Positions 16,291 to 25,257 of a stretch of 31,798 nt of DNA are shown here, piece by piece. The translations under genes and the position numbers were made by a program. A model generated the notes under the pieces. It was not told where the DNA came from, ran no database searches, and saw only the letters and a list, made by a program, of their open reading frames with translations. Source of the DNA: a bacterium (lineage in GTDB: Bacteria; Oederibacteriota; PGYV01; Palsa-1178); NCBI GenBank assembly GCA_037138355.1, contig JBAXIL010000017.1:1-31798 (forward strand), written 5' to 3'. How positions within the stretch are numbered: position 1 is the stretch's first letter; each line of letters begins with the position of its first letter.

Positions 16291-16480
16291 GATATCCTCC
16301 TTAATATATTCTAATTTCAAGATATCGCAGTGCCGTATGTTTCATACGGCCAAGATATCCTCCATAATTTATTAATCTATTTCAATTTCAAGATATCGCA
16401 GTGCCGTATGTTTCATACGGCCAAGATATTCTCCTTAATATATTCTAATTTCAAGATATCGCAGTGCCGTATGTTTCATA
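16285..16480. repeat. Three tandem 62-71-bp repeats with a REP-like hairpin, each including a copy of the yicC RBS/start
   Basis: Units 16285-16347, 16348-16418 and 16419-16480 share GGCCAAGATATYCTCC...AATTTCAAGATATCGCAGTGCCGTATGTTTCATA; hairpin GCCGTATG-TTT-CATACGGC at 16332-16350 and 16403-16421. Confidence 0.95.
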
Positions 16481-16490
16481 ATTTATTATG

Positions 16491-17249
16491 TTATTTAGCC
16501 ACTGCCACACTTACAGCAACAATAGACAAGAACAATGTTACAAATCCAAGATAAGGCCATCTGGATATTTCTGTAATTATATTCCCCTCAGATTCGCCAT
16601 ATTTTAGTTTCAAATCATTTATAATTTTTTTTGTTTTTGCTATTTCCAGTTCGTTATTGCTTGTTCCTTTTTTTAAAACATCCATTATATCAGTCCAATC
16701 ATTTAGCTTTTCACTATTTGTTTTCACATTATCTTTTATTTTATCTATTTCTCCATTTGCTTTTTCCATATCATCTTTGTCTTTCATATATTTTTCTTCA
16801 AGCGAACTAAACCTAACTTTCAAGTCCGTCATATCTTGAACTATATTCTTTGTTTCTTGTGTTCGTTCTTCTATCCTTTTTAAATCATACTGTAAATCTC
16901 TCAAACTTGCAGAAAGATCATTGTTTGCGATCTGTGCACTTTCAAGAGTTTTCTTAATATAATCAACTTTTGACTTAAGTTCTTCAAACTGCTGAGCAGA
17001 AATTTCTGGAGTTGCAACAAGTTTAATCACTGCAACTGTTGGTAATACAGCAGCAACCGTTTTCCCATGTATTGTCTTAGTTGTATAAGTAACTGGAATT
17101 GCGACTGTTCCAACAATAGCTGCTGGACTTGCCGCAGTTACAATAGGTGCATTGCTGTTTGTTTCAGCTTCTGCTACCCCTGCTTGAGCCAACAAAGGAG
17201 CTACCATAATTATTGCGACTATAAAAATAAAATAAATCTTATTTTTCAT
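16491..17249 (-). CDS. Hypothetical exported coiled-coil protein with C-terminal membrane anchor
   Basis: Signal peptide (MKNKIYF...AQA), Thr/Ala/Val/Pro linker, long heptad region, C-terminal hydrophobic helix; ATG 17249 behind AAGGTG. Confidence 0.75.
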   Translation of the reverse strand: MKNKIYFIFIVAIIMVAPLLAQAGVAEAETNSNAPIVTAASPAAIVGTVAIPVTYTTKTIHGKTVAAVLPTVAVIKLVATPEISAQQFEELKSKVDYIKKTLESAQIANNDLSASLRDLQYDLKRIEERTQETKNIVQDMTDLKVRFSSLEEKYMKDKDDMEKANGEIDKIKDNVKTNSEKLNDWTDIMDVLKKGTSNNELEIAKTKKIINDLKLKYGESEGNIITEISRWPYLGFVTLFLSIVAVSVAVAK

Positions 17250-17517
17250 TTTGAGCACCTTTATTTAATTTTTCATATACACCATCAAAAATCGAGACAA
17301 CTGTGAAACCACACCCAAAAACAGCAAAAATAAACACAAACACATTTTCCATTATAGGATCCATTTTTGCTCCAGTAGTAAAAAATACCACCAAAGCCAC
17401 TATTACCAAAAACGCCCAGAAAAATATATTAATATACACATAATCTTTTATGGAAAATTCATTATTTAGCTTCTGTACTGGAACATGCTGTTGTTCTTTG
17501 TTTTGATTTTTTGCCAT
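17239..17517 (-). CDS. Small hypothetical membrane protein (2 TM)
   Basis: GAGGTG RBS, two hydrophobic helices, overlaps the start of the next gene. Confidence 0.75.
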   Translation of the reverse strand: MAKNQNKEQQHVPVQKLNNEFSIKDYVYINIFFWAFLVIVALVVFFTTGAKMDPIMENVFVFIFAVFGCGFTVVSIFDGVYEKLNKGAQNEK

Positions 17518-17569
17518 TTTTCACCTCACAAAATATTTTTTCTACATACTGCTATTTCTATTTATACTA

Positions 17570-18856
17570 TTAATTCCTACCTATTCCCGTGTAAACAAAT
17601 CCAATTTTTTTCATTTTTGCTGGATCATATATATTTCTTCCATCCACTATGGCTGGAGTTTTCATTAAACCCTTTATTTTTTCCATATCAAGTTCTCTAA
17701 ATTCATTCCATTCCGTCAATATAACAAGACATTCCACATTTTCAGCCGCTGAATAAGAATCTTTTACAAAAGTAACGCCTTTAAGTTCTTTCTTTGCATT
17801 CGGCATTGCCACTGGATCAAAAGCCTTTATCCTACAGCCTTTTTCGAGAAGAGCCTCAATGATATCCATTGCGACCGCTTCTCTAATGTCATCAGTATTA
17901 GGTTTAAATGCTATGCCAAGTATACCAATCTGTCTGCCCTCAAGCGTTCCCAATATTCTTTTAATTTTATTTAAAACGCGTTTTCTCTGTAATTTATTAA
18001 CTTCTATCACTGCATTAAGTATGAGAGGTTCATAATCTTCCTTGCGCGCAATATTAACCAATGCAGAAACATCTTTTGGAAAACATGAGCCTCCGAAACC
18101 AGCCCCTGCATTTAAAAAAAGTTTTCCTATTCTGCGGTCAATTCCCATTCCATTAGCCACAGTTTCAACATCTGCGCCAACTTTTTCGCATATATTTGCT
18201 ATCTCGTTAATAAACGATATTTTTGTAGCAAGAAATGAGTTTGATGCATACTTTATCATTTCCGCACTTCTTAAATCTGTAATTATTATTTTTGTACTTA
18301 GTGGTTTAAATATCTGCGCAACTTTTTCAGCAGCTTCTTTTTTCTTTGCCCCTATTACTATCCTGTCAGGATTCATAAAATCCTGTATAGCACTACCTTC
18401 TTTTAAAAATTCAGGAGAAGAAACTACATCAAACTTAAACTTGTTATTTGAATTATCTTCAATGATAGATTCCACGAGATCACCCATCCCTACAGGTACC
18501 GTGGACTTATCAACTATGACTTTATAACCATTGATACTTTTTCCTATCTGTTTCGCTACTTCCTTTACAAAAGATAAATCAGCTTCTCCATTTGATTGGG
18601 CTGGAGTTCCAACTGCAATAAATATTATTTCTGATTTTTTCACTCCGTCTTTTAGGTCAGTAGTAAATGTTAGCCTTGCCTTGTTTCTTTTAACAAGTTC
18701 TTCAAGACCTGGTTCATATATAGGAAGTATATTTTTATTAAGGTTTAGAATCTTTTTTGCATCTATATCAACACATATCACATCATTTCCAAGATCTGCC
18801 ATACATACTCCTGTGACAAGCCCAACATATCCAGTACCCACAACGCAAATTTTCAT
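17570..18856 (-). CDS. ugd: UDP-glucose 6-dehydrogenase
   Basis: VVGTGYVG, IAVGTP, KSTVPVG, PEFLKEG, KYASN, GFGGSCFPKD, FKPNTDDIRE, DGRN; start moved to ATG 18856 behind GAGGAGG. Confidence 0.95.
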   Translation of the reverse strand: MKICVVGTGYVGLVTGVCMADLGNDVICVDIDAKKILNLNKNILPIYEPGLEELVKRNKARLTFTTDLKDGVKKSEIIFIAVGTPAQSNGEADLSFVKEVAKQIGKSINGYKVIVDKSTVPVGMGDLVESIIEDNSNNKFKFDVVSSPEFLKEGSAIQDFMNPDRIVIGAKKKEAAEKVAQIFKPLSTKIIITDLRSAEMIKYASNSFLATKISFINEIANICEKVGADVETVANGMGIDRRIGKLFLNAGAGFGGSCFPKDVSALVNIARKEDYEPLILNAVIEVNKLQRKRVLNKIKRILGTLEGRQIGILGIAFKPNTDDIREAVAMDIIEALLEKGCRIKAFDPVAMPNAKKELKGVTFVKDSYSAAENVECLVILTEWNEFRELDMEKIKGLMKTPAIVDGRNIYDPAKMKKIGFVYTGIGRN

Positions 18857-18998
18857 CCAATCCTCCTCAAAATTTGTTTTTCCTATAGTGCTTTTCCTAA
18901 AAAGCAGGAACAAACAGACATAATGATACCTTAAATTAGCGAAAAAATAAATTAGGACATAATTCACACTAATGTCCATACTACTAAATAATGCCATA

Positions 18999-19027
18999 AA
19001 TATATCACAAAAACAGCCTTTTTACAA
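18999..19027 (-). promoter_or_regulatory. Putative sigma70 promoter for ugd
   Basis: TTGTAA, 17-nt spacer, TATATT with upstream TGn. Confidence 0.55.
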
Positions 19028-19060
19028 GACTTGTTAAGACTGAGAAATACAATTAAACAT

Positions 19061-19089
19061 TTGACTTTTATAGCAGCTTAACTCATAAT
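19061..19089 (+). promoter_or_regulatory. Putative sigma70 promoter for truB
   Basis: TTGACT (19061-19066), 17-nt spacer, CATAAT (19084-19089). Confidence 0.6.
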
Positions 19090-19098
19090 CTATAAACT

Positions 19099-19944
19099 AT
19101 GAATGGTATATTGCTAATAAACAAGGAACAAGGCCCTACTTCATTTGGGGCTATAGAGCAGGTAAAACGCAAATTCGGGCTTACAAAGATAGGTCACAGC
19201 GGTACTTTAGACCCACTCGCTAAGGGCTTGCTGATTACCCTTGTCGGAAAAGCTACCAAGATAGCCGAATATTTGCCCTCAGACAAGGAATACGAGCTTG
19301 AAATTACCTTTGGTAGAGCAACAAACACAGATGATGCCGAAGGGGAAACCGTGAAAGAGTTTCCTGTTCCTTCAGATCTCGAAAAACTTGTACTCGAAAT
19401 GCTTCCCTCTTTTATTGGAGAGGTAACTCAAATCCCTCCAAAGTTTGCGGCAATAAAAAAAGATGGAAAAAAACTTTACGAACTCGCTCGAGCTGGAAAA
19501 GAAGTAAATCCAGAACCAAGAACTGTAAATATTTATTCTATCAAACATACTCAAACTATTGCCAATAAGATTTATTTGACTATAGCTTGTGGCTCTGGTA
19601 CTTATATGCGTTCTATTGCACGCGACCTTGGAGAAAAAATAGGATCCTGTGCCTATCTATCAGCTCTCACACGAACAAAAATAGGTAATTTTACACTGTC
19701 TCAAAGCCACAAGATTGAAGAAATGGAAACACTCGAAGCAAATTTAATATCTATGAATGATGCACTTGTAGATATGCCTTTCATAATACTCAGTGATGAA
19801 AACTTTGGCAGGATAAAAAATGGAATGCCTGTAGATAATACGCTTCCTTTTAAATCAGGAATAGTAAAATTACTTTATGAAAATGAAGTCGCAGCGATTG
19901 GACAGATAAAATACGGAAAGGTGTATGTAAAGAGAGGGATTTAA
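19099..19944 (+). CDS. truB: tRNA pseudouridine(55) synthase
   Basis: GILLINK, KIGHSGTLDPLA, PPKFAAIK.DGKKLYELAR, CGSGTYMRS, LTRT. Confidence 0.96.
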   Translation: MNGILLINKEQGPTSFGAIEQVKRKFGLTKIGHSGTLDPLAKGLLITLVGKATKIAEYLPSDKEYELEITFGRATNTDDAEGETVKEFPVPSDLEKLVLEMLPSFIGEVTQIPPKFAAIKKDGKKLYELARAGKEVNPEPRTVNIYSIKHTQTIANKIYLTIACGSGTYMRSIARDLGEKIGSCAYLSALTRTKIGNFTLSQSHKIEEMETLEANLISMNDALVDMPFIILSDENFGRIKNGMPVDNTLPFKSGIVKLLYENEVAAIGQIKYGKVYVKRGI

Positions 19945-20023
19945 AGGAAAGCAACAATTCTTGAATTTTATTTTCTATCTGTTGTACTTCAACTTAAAAC
20001 TCCAAACTGCTTTTATCTTGTAT

Positions 20024-20842
20024 TCACATCCAAGTCGCAACATACTCCATGCTACCTGCATCGCTTTTTGGATTTGCTTCAATCCATTTTCCTTTCAAAC
20101 CAAGTTCAATTGCGGCAAGTTCAAAATGCGCCATGGCAATACCCATATCTATATTTTGACCTGCTGGATATATATACCCTTTTGTACGCTCCATATAAAG
20201 ATGAAAAACATCTGTGTTAGCTTCCCGTAAAAATCTCCACGGCTGTTGATTCGTGGCAGATGGTGCTAACTTAACGCATTCTAAAACTTTTCTATATTTA
20301 TTTTCTGGCACATAGGAATTAGTAAAATCTCCCATAAACGATATTTCAAAAAGATTTTTTCGCATGTCAGAGTTAGCAACGCGTCTCATAAGATTATCCG
20401 CAAGCCTTCTTTTATCGGCAGCGTATCCAATAGGAGAAACTGCCGGTACTGTTTCATTAGATAAGCATTTCATTTTTTCTGAAAAACCATTTTTATCAAA
20501 AGTTGCACCTAACCAACAAGTAGCAAGCCCCAACTCCACAGCCTTTAAAATATTTTTTTCCATTACATATCCATAATCTTCTAAATATTTTCCTTTTTTA
20601 TTTACACACCCAGCAACAAAGTGTTTAGCATCTTTTATTACACTATAAGTTCCCATAGTTTTCAATAATTGCACTGGCGTTTCTTCAAAATTAATTAGTT
20701 CACAACGAACGATTGAACCAAATATGGTTTGCGTATTTAATGACATAAAATTTTGCAGTAAACTTATCTTTTCTGCTTCCACGGGCTTGAGTGAAAAGGT
20801 TCTCCAGGACTGGCGTTTATGTATTGTTTCTATTATTGACAT
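20024..20842 (-). CDS. Nitroreductase-family protein (tandem domains)
   Basis: I.KRQSWRTF, LGLATCWLG, LAPSATNQQPWRF, IDMGIAMAHFEL. Confidence 0.9.
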   Translation of the reverse strand: MSIIETIHKRQSWRTFSLKPVEAEKISLLQNFMSLNTQTIFGSIVRCELINFEETPVQLLKTMGTYSVIKDAKHFVAGCVNKKGKYLEDYGYVMEKNILKAVELGLATCWLGATFDKNGFSEKMKCLSNETVPAVSPIGYAADKRRLADNLMRRVANSDMRKNLFEISFMGDFTNSYVPENKYRKVLECVKLAPSATNQQPWRFLREANTDVFHLYMERTKGYIYPAGQNIDMGIAMAHFELAAIELGLKGKWIEANPKSDAGSMEYVATWM

Positions 20843-20918
20843 AAGCTTAAAACCCCTTTATTTTAAAGCATTTTAGCCTTTAGAGAGGCTTTTGCGATAG
20901 TTCTACAACGACCTTCTA

Positions 20919-22361
20919 TCAGCTATATTTTTTTATCCTTGCCATACACTTTTCTTTCCCAAATGTTTCCACTATATCAAATAGCCCTGGACCCATGGTT
21001 GTTCCAGATAAAACAACTCGAATCACATGCATAAAGACCTTTGGCTTAATCCCTGCAGCTTCCATATCTGCTTTTAACCGTTCTTCAACTTTTGTTTTAT
21101 CTACTCCTATTTCAGAAATTACTTTTTCAAGAATTTCAAGAACCTTTACTCTTTCTGCTGCATTTTTTTCCCAAACTTTTTTTGCTTCGTCATTCATATC
21201 ATAATCATTTTTATAAAAATATATTGATAAATCTGATATTTCAGATAATATTTGCAACTTTTCTTGCTGTAATACTACGGTGTGCTTTATAAAGTCATAT
21301 CTACCATTAATATCATTTTCTGTTACAAGTCCACTTTTAATCATATATGGCAAACACATTTTTGTCAGTTCATCTGCATTCTTATTTCTAATATGTACAC
21401 CATTAATATACATTAATTTTTTATTGTCAAACATGGCTCCAGATTTATGAACGCGTGACAATTCAAATTTTGAGACGAGCTGTTCCATTGAAAATATGGT
21501 ATCTTCATTGTCTGGCGACCAACCAAGCAAAGCGAGATAATTAATAAGTGCCTCTGGCAAGTATCCTAATTCTCTATACCTCAGCACAGCCGTTTCCCCG
21601 TGCCTCTTTGAAAGTTTCGACTTGTCTGCTCCAAGAATAAGCGGAATATGTGCAAACTGCGGTATCGGAAAATTTAACGCCTTATATATGTGTATTTGTT
21701 TTGGTGTATTTGAAAGATGATCTTCTCCGCGTATAACATGAGTAATCCCCATTTCCACATCATCTACAACAACAACAAAATTATATATAGGCATTTTATC
21801 TGTACGCAAAATTATAATATCATCCAATGTTGAATTCTGAACCTTAACTTCGCCTCTGACTATATCAGTAACTATAGTTTCGCCGGCTTGTTCTACCCGA
21901 ACTCTCACAACAAAAGGTTTTCCAGCTTCTTCATTTTGTTTTGTTTGTTCTGGAGTTAGAAGTCCACATCTGCCATCATATTTAAAAGCTCTCTTTTCCG
22001 TTTCGGCTTTTTTTCTTTCCAAATCAAGTTCTTCTTTTGTACAAAAACATTTATATGCTTTATTCTCATTTAGCAGTTTTTCTGCATATTTATGATAAAT
22101 AGGAAGTCTTCTTGTTTGATAATAAAGTGAATCATCTGCACTTTTTCCAGGTCCCTCATCCCAATCAAGCCCAAGCCATTTCATAGACTCAAAGATTTCA
22201 AGCTCAGATTCTATTGTAGAACGCTCTTTGTCAGTATCCTCAATTCTTAAGATAAACTTTCCGCCATTATGCTTGGCATACAAGTAATTAAAAAGGGCAG
22301 TTCTTGCCCCTCCTATATGCAGGTAGCCAGTAGGACTCGGTGCAAAACGAACTCTATCCAT
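20919..22361 (-). CDS. gltX: Glutamyl-tRNA synthetase
   Basis: RVRFAPSPTGYLHIGG, LRIEDTD, CFC...YDGRC, ITHVIRGEDH, KLSKR; an alternative ATG at 22376 is possible. Confidence 0.97.
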   Translation of the reverse strand: MDRVRFAPSPTGYLHIGGARTALFNYLYAKHNGGKFILRIEDTDKERSTIESELEIFESMKWLGLDWDEGPGKSADDSLYYQTRRLPIYHKYAEKLLNENKAYKCFCTKEELDLERKKAETEKRAFKYDGRCGLLTPEQTKQNEEAGKPFVVRVRVEQAGETIVTDIVRGEVKVQNSTLDDIIILRTDKMPIYNFVVVVDDVEMGITHVIRGEDHLSNTPKQIHIYKALNFPIPQFAHIPLILGADKSKLSKRHGETAVLRYRELGYLPEALINYLALLGWSPDNEDTIFSMEQLVSKFELSRVHKSGAMFDNKKLMYINGVHIRNKNADELTKMCLPYMIKSGLVTENDINGRYDFIKHTVVLQQEKLQILSEISDLSIYFYKNDYDMNDEAKKVWEKNAAERVKVLEILEKVISEIGVDKTKVEERLKADMEAAGIKPKVFMHVIRVVLSGTTMGPGLFDIVETFGKEKCMARIKKYS

Positions 22362-22524
22362 AGTTTCACCATCCATATTATTTTAATATTTATATTATAT
22401 CACATATACATAATCCAAAATGTTTATTTATAAACTTTGATTATCTCGCCTCCAAATAAAACATATAGCTAATAATAATAAGATAATTTATTGGTTTAAT
22501 AATTAGAATTTACTATAGACATGA

Positions 22525-22881
22525 TTACTTTTTAAGAGATGCTATTTCCGGCATGTTTTTTTCCATTTCGCAAGAACCTTCAAAAACCACACCTTCATCC
22601 ATTACTATTTTTGGTGACTTTATTTCACCATAAAGTTTGCCTGTATGAAGTATCTCAAGTTTTGTTTTTGCTATTACATTGCCTGTCACTATTCCTGCTA
22701 TTACCACGTGTGTTCCTGATAAATCACCTTTTACTACTGCATGCTGGCCAATAATCACTGTATCTTCTGATATAACATTTCCTTTTACATGCCCATCAAC
22801 GCGTATCCCACCTTTAGCATTAAGACCGCCTTTGACTTCGCAACTTTTTCCTATTATAGTTTCTATACCTTTAGATATCAT
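22525..22881 (-). CDS. Bactofilin (polymer-forming cytoskeletal protein, CcmA family)
   Basis: ETIIG...IRVDGHVKGNV...V.G repeats...EGVVFEGSCEM; ATG 22881 behind AAGGAG. Confidence 0.92.
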   Translation of the reverse strand: MISKGIETIIGKSCEVKGGLNAKGGIRVDGHVKGNVISEDTVIIGQHAVVKGDLSGTHVVIAGIVTGNVIAKTKLEILHTGKLYGEIKSPKIVMDEGVVFEGSCEMEKNMPEIASLKK

Positions 22882-22907
22882 ATTAGCTCCTTTATAATAC
22901 ATTACAA

Positions 22908-23831
22908 TTATTTCAGTGCTATTTCTTTGTTTAAATATTTTACTGGATTTACCGCAATACCGTTTAATTTGACTTCATAATGTAAGTGAGGAGCAGTAGA
23001 GCGTCCAGTATTACCCAAATAACCTATTATCTGCCCTTTCTTAATATGCTGCCCTGGTGAAACTACATACTTTAACATGTGTCCAAATTTTGTCATATAA
23101 CCATTTCCATGATTTACAGTCACAAGATTTCCATAACCACCTGCTTCAAATTCTGCATAAACTACAATACCATCAGCCGTAGCTTTAACTGGCGTACCAA
23201 TATCATTTGCTATATCCACACCGCCATGGTATGCAAGAGCACCTGTAAAAGGATCTATTCTGGATCCAAAAGATGCCGTTATCCAGCCCTTCACAGGCCA
23301 ACCAGAAGGCACCGCTGTAAGCCTTGCCCTTTGTTCCGTAATATAACTAATTATTTCTTGAAATGAGCTTTCACTATTTTTTGCTTGTTCTTGTACATAC
23401 TTCACAGCAAGATCAAAAGATTTTCTACTTATTACTTCGTCATTATCTTTTACACTTTTTTCCAATAATTTTGTGTCAAGATATGAAGGTCCGCCAAATC
23501 CTGTGTATTTGATTATAGCATTTCGACTTTTTAGAGAAAGCATATCACGCAATTGTTTGTCTATCTCCACAACGCGCTTTACCGTATCCCTCGTGTCAAT
23601 TATTTCTTTGGCAAATTCTTTATGTTTTTCCTGAAGTAATTTATCATAAGCAATTCTTGTTCTATAATCCGCATGACGGGTTATAACAAAAACCGAAACT
23701 AAAATGGATAAAATCCAAATAAAAAATAATCCTGACAATAGTTTTGCGCCAAGCTTCACGCTGATTACTTTGTCTATGCCATCACTCACCAACATAATTG
23801 TAATTTGCTTTTTTCTCTTCAATCTTTTCAT
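22908..23831 (-). CDS. Membrane-anchored M23 family metallopeptidase
   Basis: TM plus coiled coil, PSGWPV, HGGVD (HxxxD), GNTGRSTAPHLHYEV (HxH); adjacent bactofilin. Confidence 0.93.
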   Translation of the reverse strand: MKRLKRKKQITIMLVSDGIDKVISVKLGAKLLSGLFFIWILSILVSVFVITRHADYRTRIAYDKLLQEKHKEFAKEIIDTRDTVKRVVEIDKQLRDMLSLKSRNAIIKYTGFGGPSYLDTKLLEKSVKDNDEVISRKSFDLAVKYVQEQAKNSESSFQEIISYITEQRARLTAVPSGWPVKGWITASFGSRIDPFTGALAYHGGVDIANDIGTPVKATADGIVVYAEFEAGGYGNLVTVNHGNGYMTKFGHMLKYVVSPGQHIKKGQIIGYLGNTGRSTAPHLHYEVKLNGIAVNPVKYLNKEIALK

Positions 23832-23920
23832 GTTTCTCCCAATTTCTTCCAAATTAAAGTCCTATAGGGACACTTATGTCGCAATATATTAATAATGTGA
23901 TTTTTTATCTGTTAGAAACT

Positions 23921-24226
23921 TTACTTCTGTATTTCTTGAGCCGCTGTCAGCTTGGCTTTCAACTCCGGAGTCATGTTCTCCACATCTTCCATGAAAATTC
24001 TTACCTTATCTCCATCAACTTTTGTATTCTTAAGATATTGTACTCTGCTCAACTTCAATTTGGTTAAAAGCATGTCAGAAAATTTTCTTGGAGCATAAAT
24101 ATAAAGATCTGCTCCGTCATCATTTGGATATGAATCAAGTGAAATTCTTATAAGTGCTGGTCCATAAAGTCTTTTACATTCGCCCTTAAGTCTTTCTGCT
24201 ATTGCTTCAGCTTGCGTAATTCCCAT
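23921..24226 (-). CDS. Hypothetical protein, 101 aa
   Basis: AAGGAGG RBS and consensus promoter upstream; no family recognised. Confidence 0.75.
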   Translation of the reverse strand: MGITQAEAIAERLKGECKRLYGPALIRISLDSYPNDDGADLYIYAPRKFSDMLLTKLKLSRVQYLKNTKVDGDKVRIFMEDVENMTPELKAKLTAAQEIQK

Positions 24227-24280
24227 GTCAAAGTGCCTCCTTAGGCATAAAAAGAATAGAATAATTTTACAAACGAGTCA

Positions 24281-24310
24281 ATTATACATAATAAAGTGGA
24301 TATATGTCAA
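24281..24310 (-). promoter_or_regulatory. Consensus sigma70 promoter
   Basis: TTGACA (24310-24305), 18-nt spacer, TATAAT (24286-24281). Confidence 0.75.
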
Positions 24311-24423
24311 TGTTTAATTGCTTAACTTGATTTTTCTTATATCTTTTTTTATCAACAAAATAGGGCAAATTATCGAACTTTTCTTTCTAAAAATGTATTA
24401 TCTAAATAATTGTGTTAAGTATC

Positions 24424-25179
24424 TCAAAGTTTAATCCATACAGGACAGTGATCGGAACCTAACACATTATTCATTATGCCAGCTGCTTTCAACCTTTTTA
24501 AAAGTCCTAAAGTCACGTAAAAGTAATCAATACGCCAACCTATATTTCTCGAACGAGCAGCGGTTTTATAATCCCACCAGGTATAATTTTTACCTTCTTT
24601 GTTTTTTTCTCTAAATGTATCTATGTAACCTTTTGCAATAAGCTTATCGAGGAATGCTCTTTCTATTGGGAGAAAGCCCGTAGATTTTTCATTTTCTTTT
24701 GGTCTTGATAAATCAATTTCCTTATGAGCCGTATTCACATCTCCGCATACTACTATTTCTTTTCTTTTTCTGTTTTTTTCAGCATGCTTTAAAAACTCTT
24801 CATAAAACTCCATCTTATGTTCCACCCATTCAGGTCCCCTGCCACCGTTCGGAAAATAAATATTGTATAAAAAGAAATCTTTAAACTCTGCAATAATTAT
24901 CCTACCAGCATTGTCAAATTGTTCTTTCCCAAAACCATACTTCACACTTATTGGTTTCTCTTTTGACCATATTGCCGTTCCACTATAGCCCTTTTTTTCT
25001 GCAGAACACAAACTAAAATGATATCCTTTTAATTCTTTTAATTCTTTGGGAAATACATCATCCTGTGCTTTTGTTTCCTGCACACAGACTATATCAGGTT
25101 TTAAATCAAACAAAGGCAGAAACAATTTTTTATTATTTACGGCTCTTATCCCGTTAACATTCCACGAAATCAAATACAT
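24424..25179 (-). CDS. xth: Exodeoxyribonuclease III / AP endonuclease
   Basis: SWNVNGIRA, QETK, GYSG, YFPNG, GDVNTAH, YTWW, GWRIDY, GSDHCPV. Confidence 0.96.
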   Translation of the reverse strand: MYLISWNVNGIRAVNNKKLFLPLFDLKPDIVCVQETKAQDDVFPKELKELKGYHFSLCSAEKKGYSGTAIWSKEKPISVKYGFGKEQFDNAGRIIIAEFKDFFLYNIYFPNGGRGPEWVEHKMEFYEEFLKHAEKNRKRKEIVVCGDVNTAHKEIDLSRPKENEKSTGFLPIERAFLDKLIAKGYIDTFREKNKEGKNYTWWDYKTAARSRNIGWRIDYFYVTLGLLKRLKAAGIMNNVLGSDHCPVWIKL

Positions 25180-25257
25180 TTGTTACTCCTACATAAATTT
25201 AGTTTATATTGAATTTTTTTGATATATAAATATTTTTTACTCAGGTCATGGACTTTA

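Noticed and set aside
16290..16365. Selenocysteine readthrough at the TGA (16344) in frame with yicC
   Set aside because: The TGA lies inside the hairpin rather than upstream of a SECIS-like stem, and YicC has a normal start at 16290.
16313..16480. CRISPR mini-array (three copies of a roughly 34-bp unit starting ATTTCAA)
   Set aside because: The would-be spacers are homologous to each other and to the yicC RBS, the hairpin extends across the repeat/spacer boundary, and no cas genes are present.
16330..16554. 74-aa plus-strand ORF over the repeats
   Set aside because: A by-product of the repeat, no RBS, antisense to the neighbouring gene end.
20875..20891. Hairpin AGCCT-TTAGAG-AGGCT after gltX as terminator
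   Set aside because: Short stem and no U tract on the minus strand.
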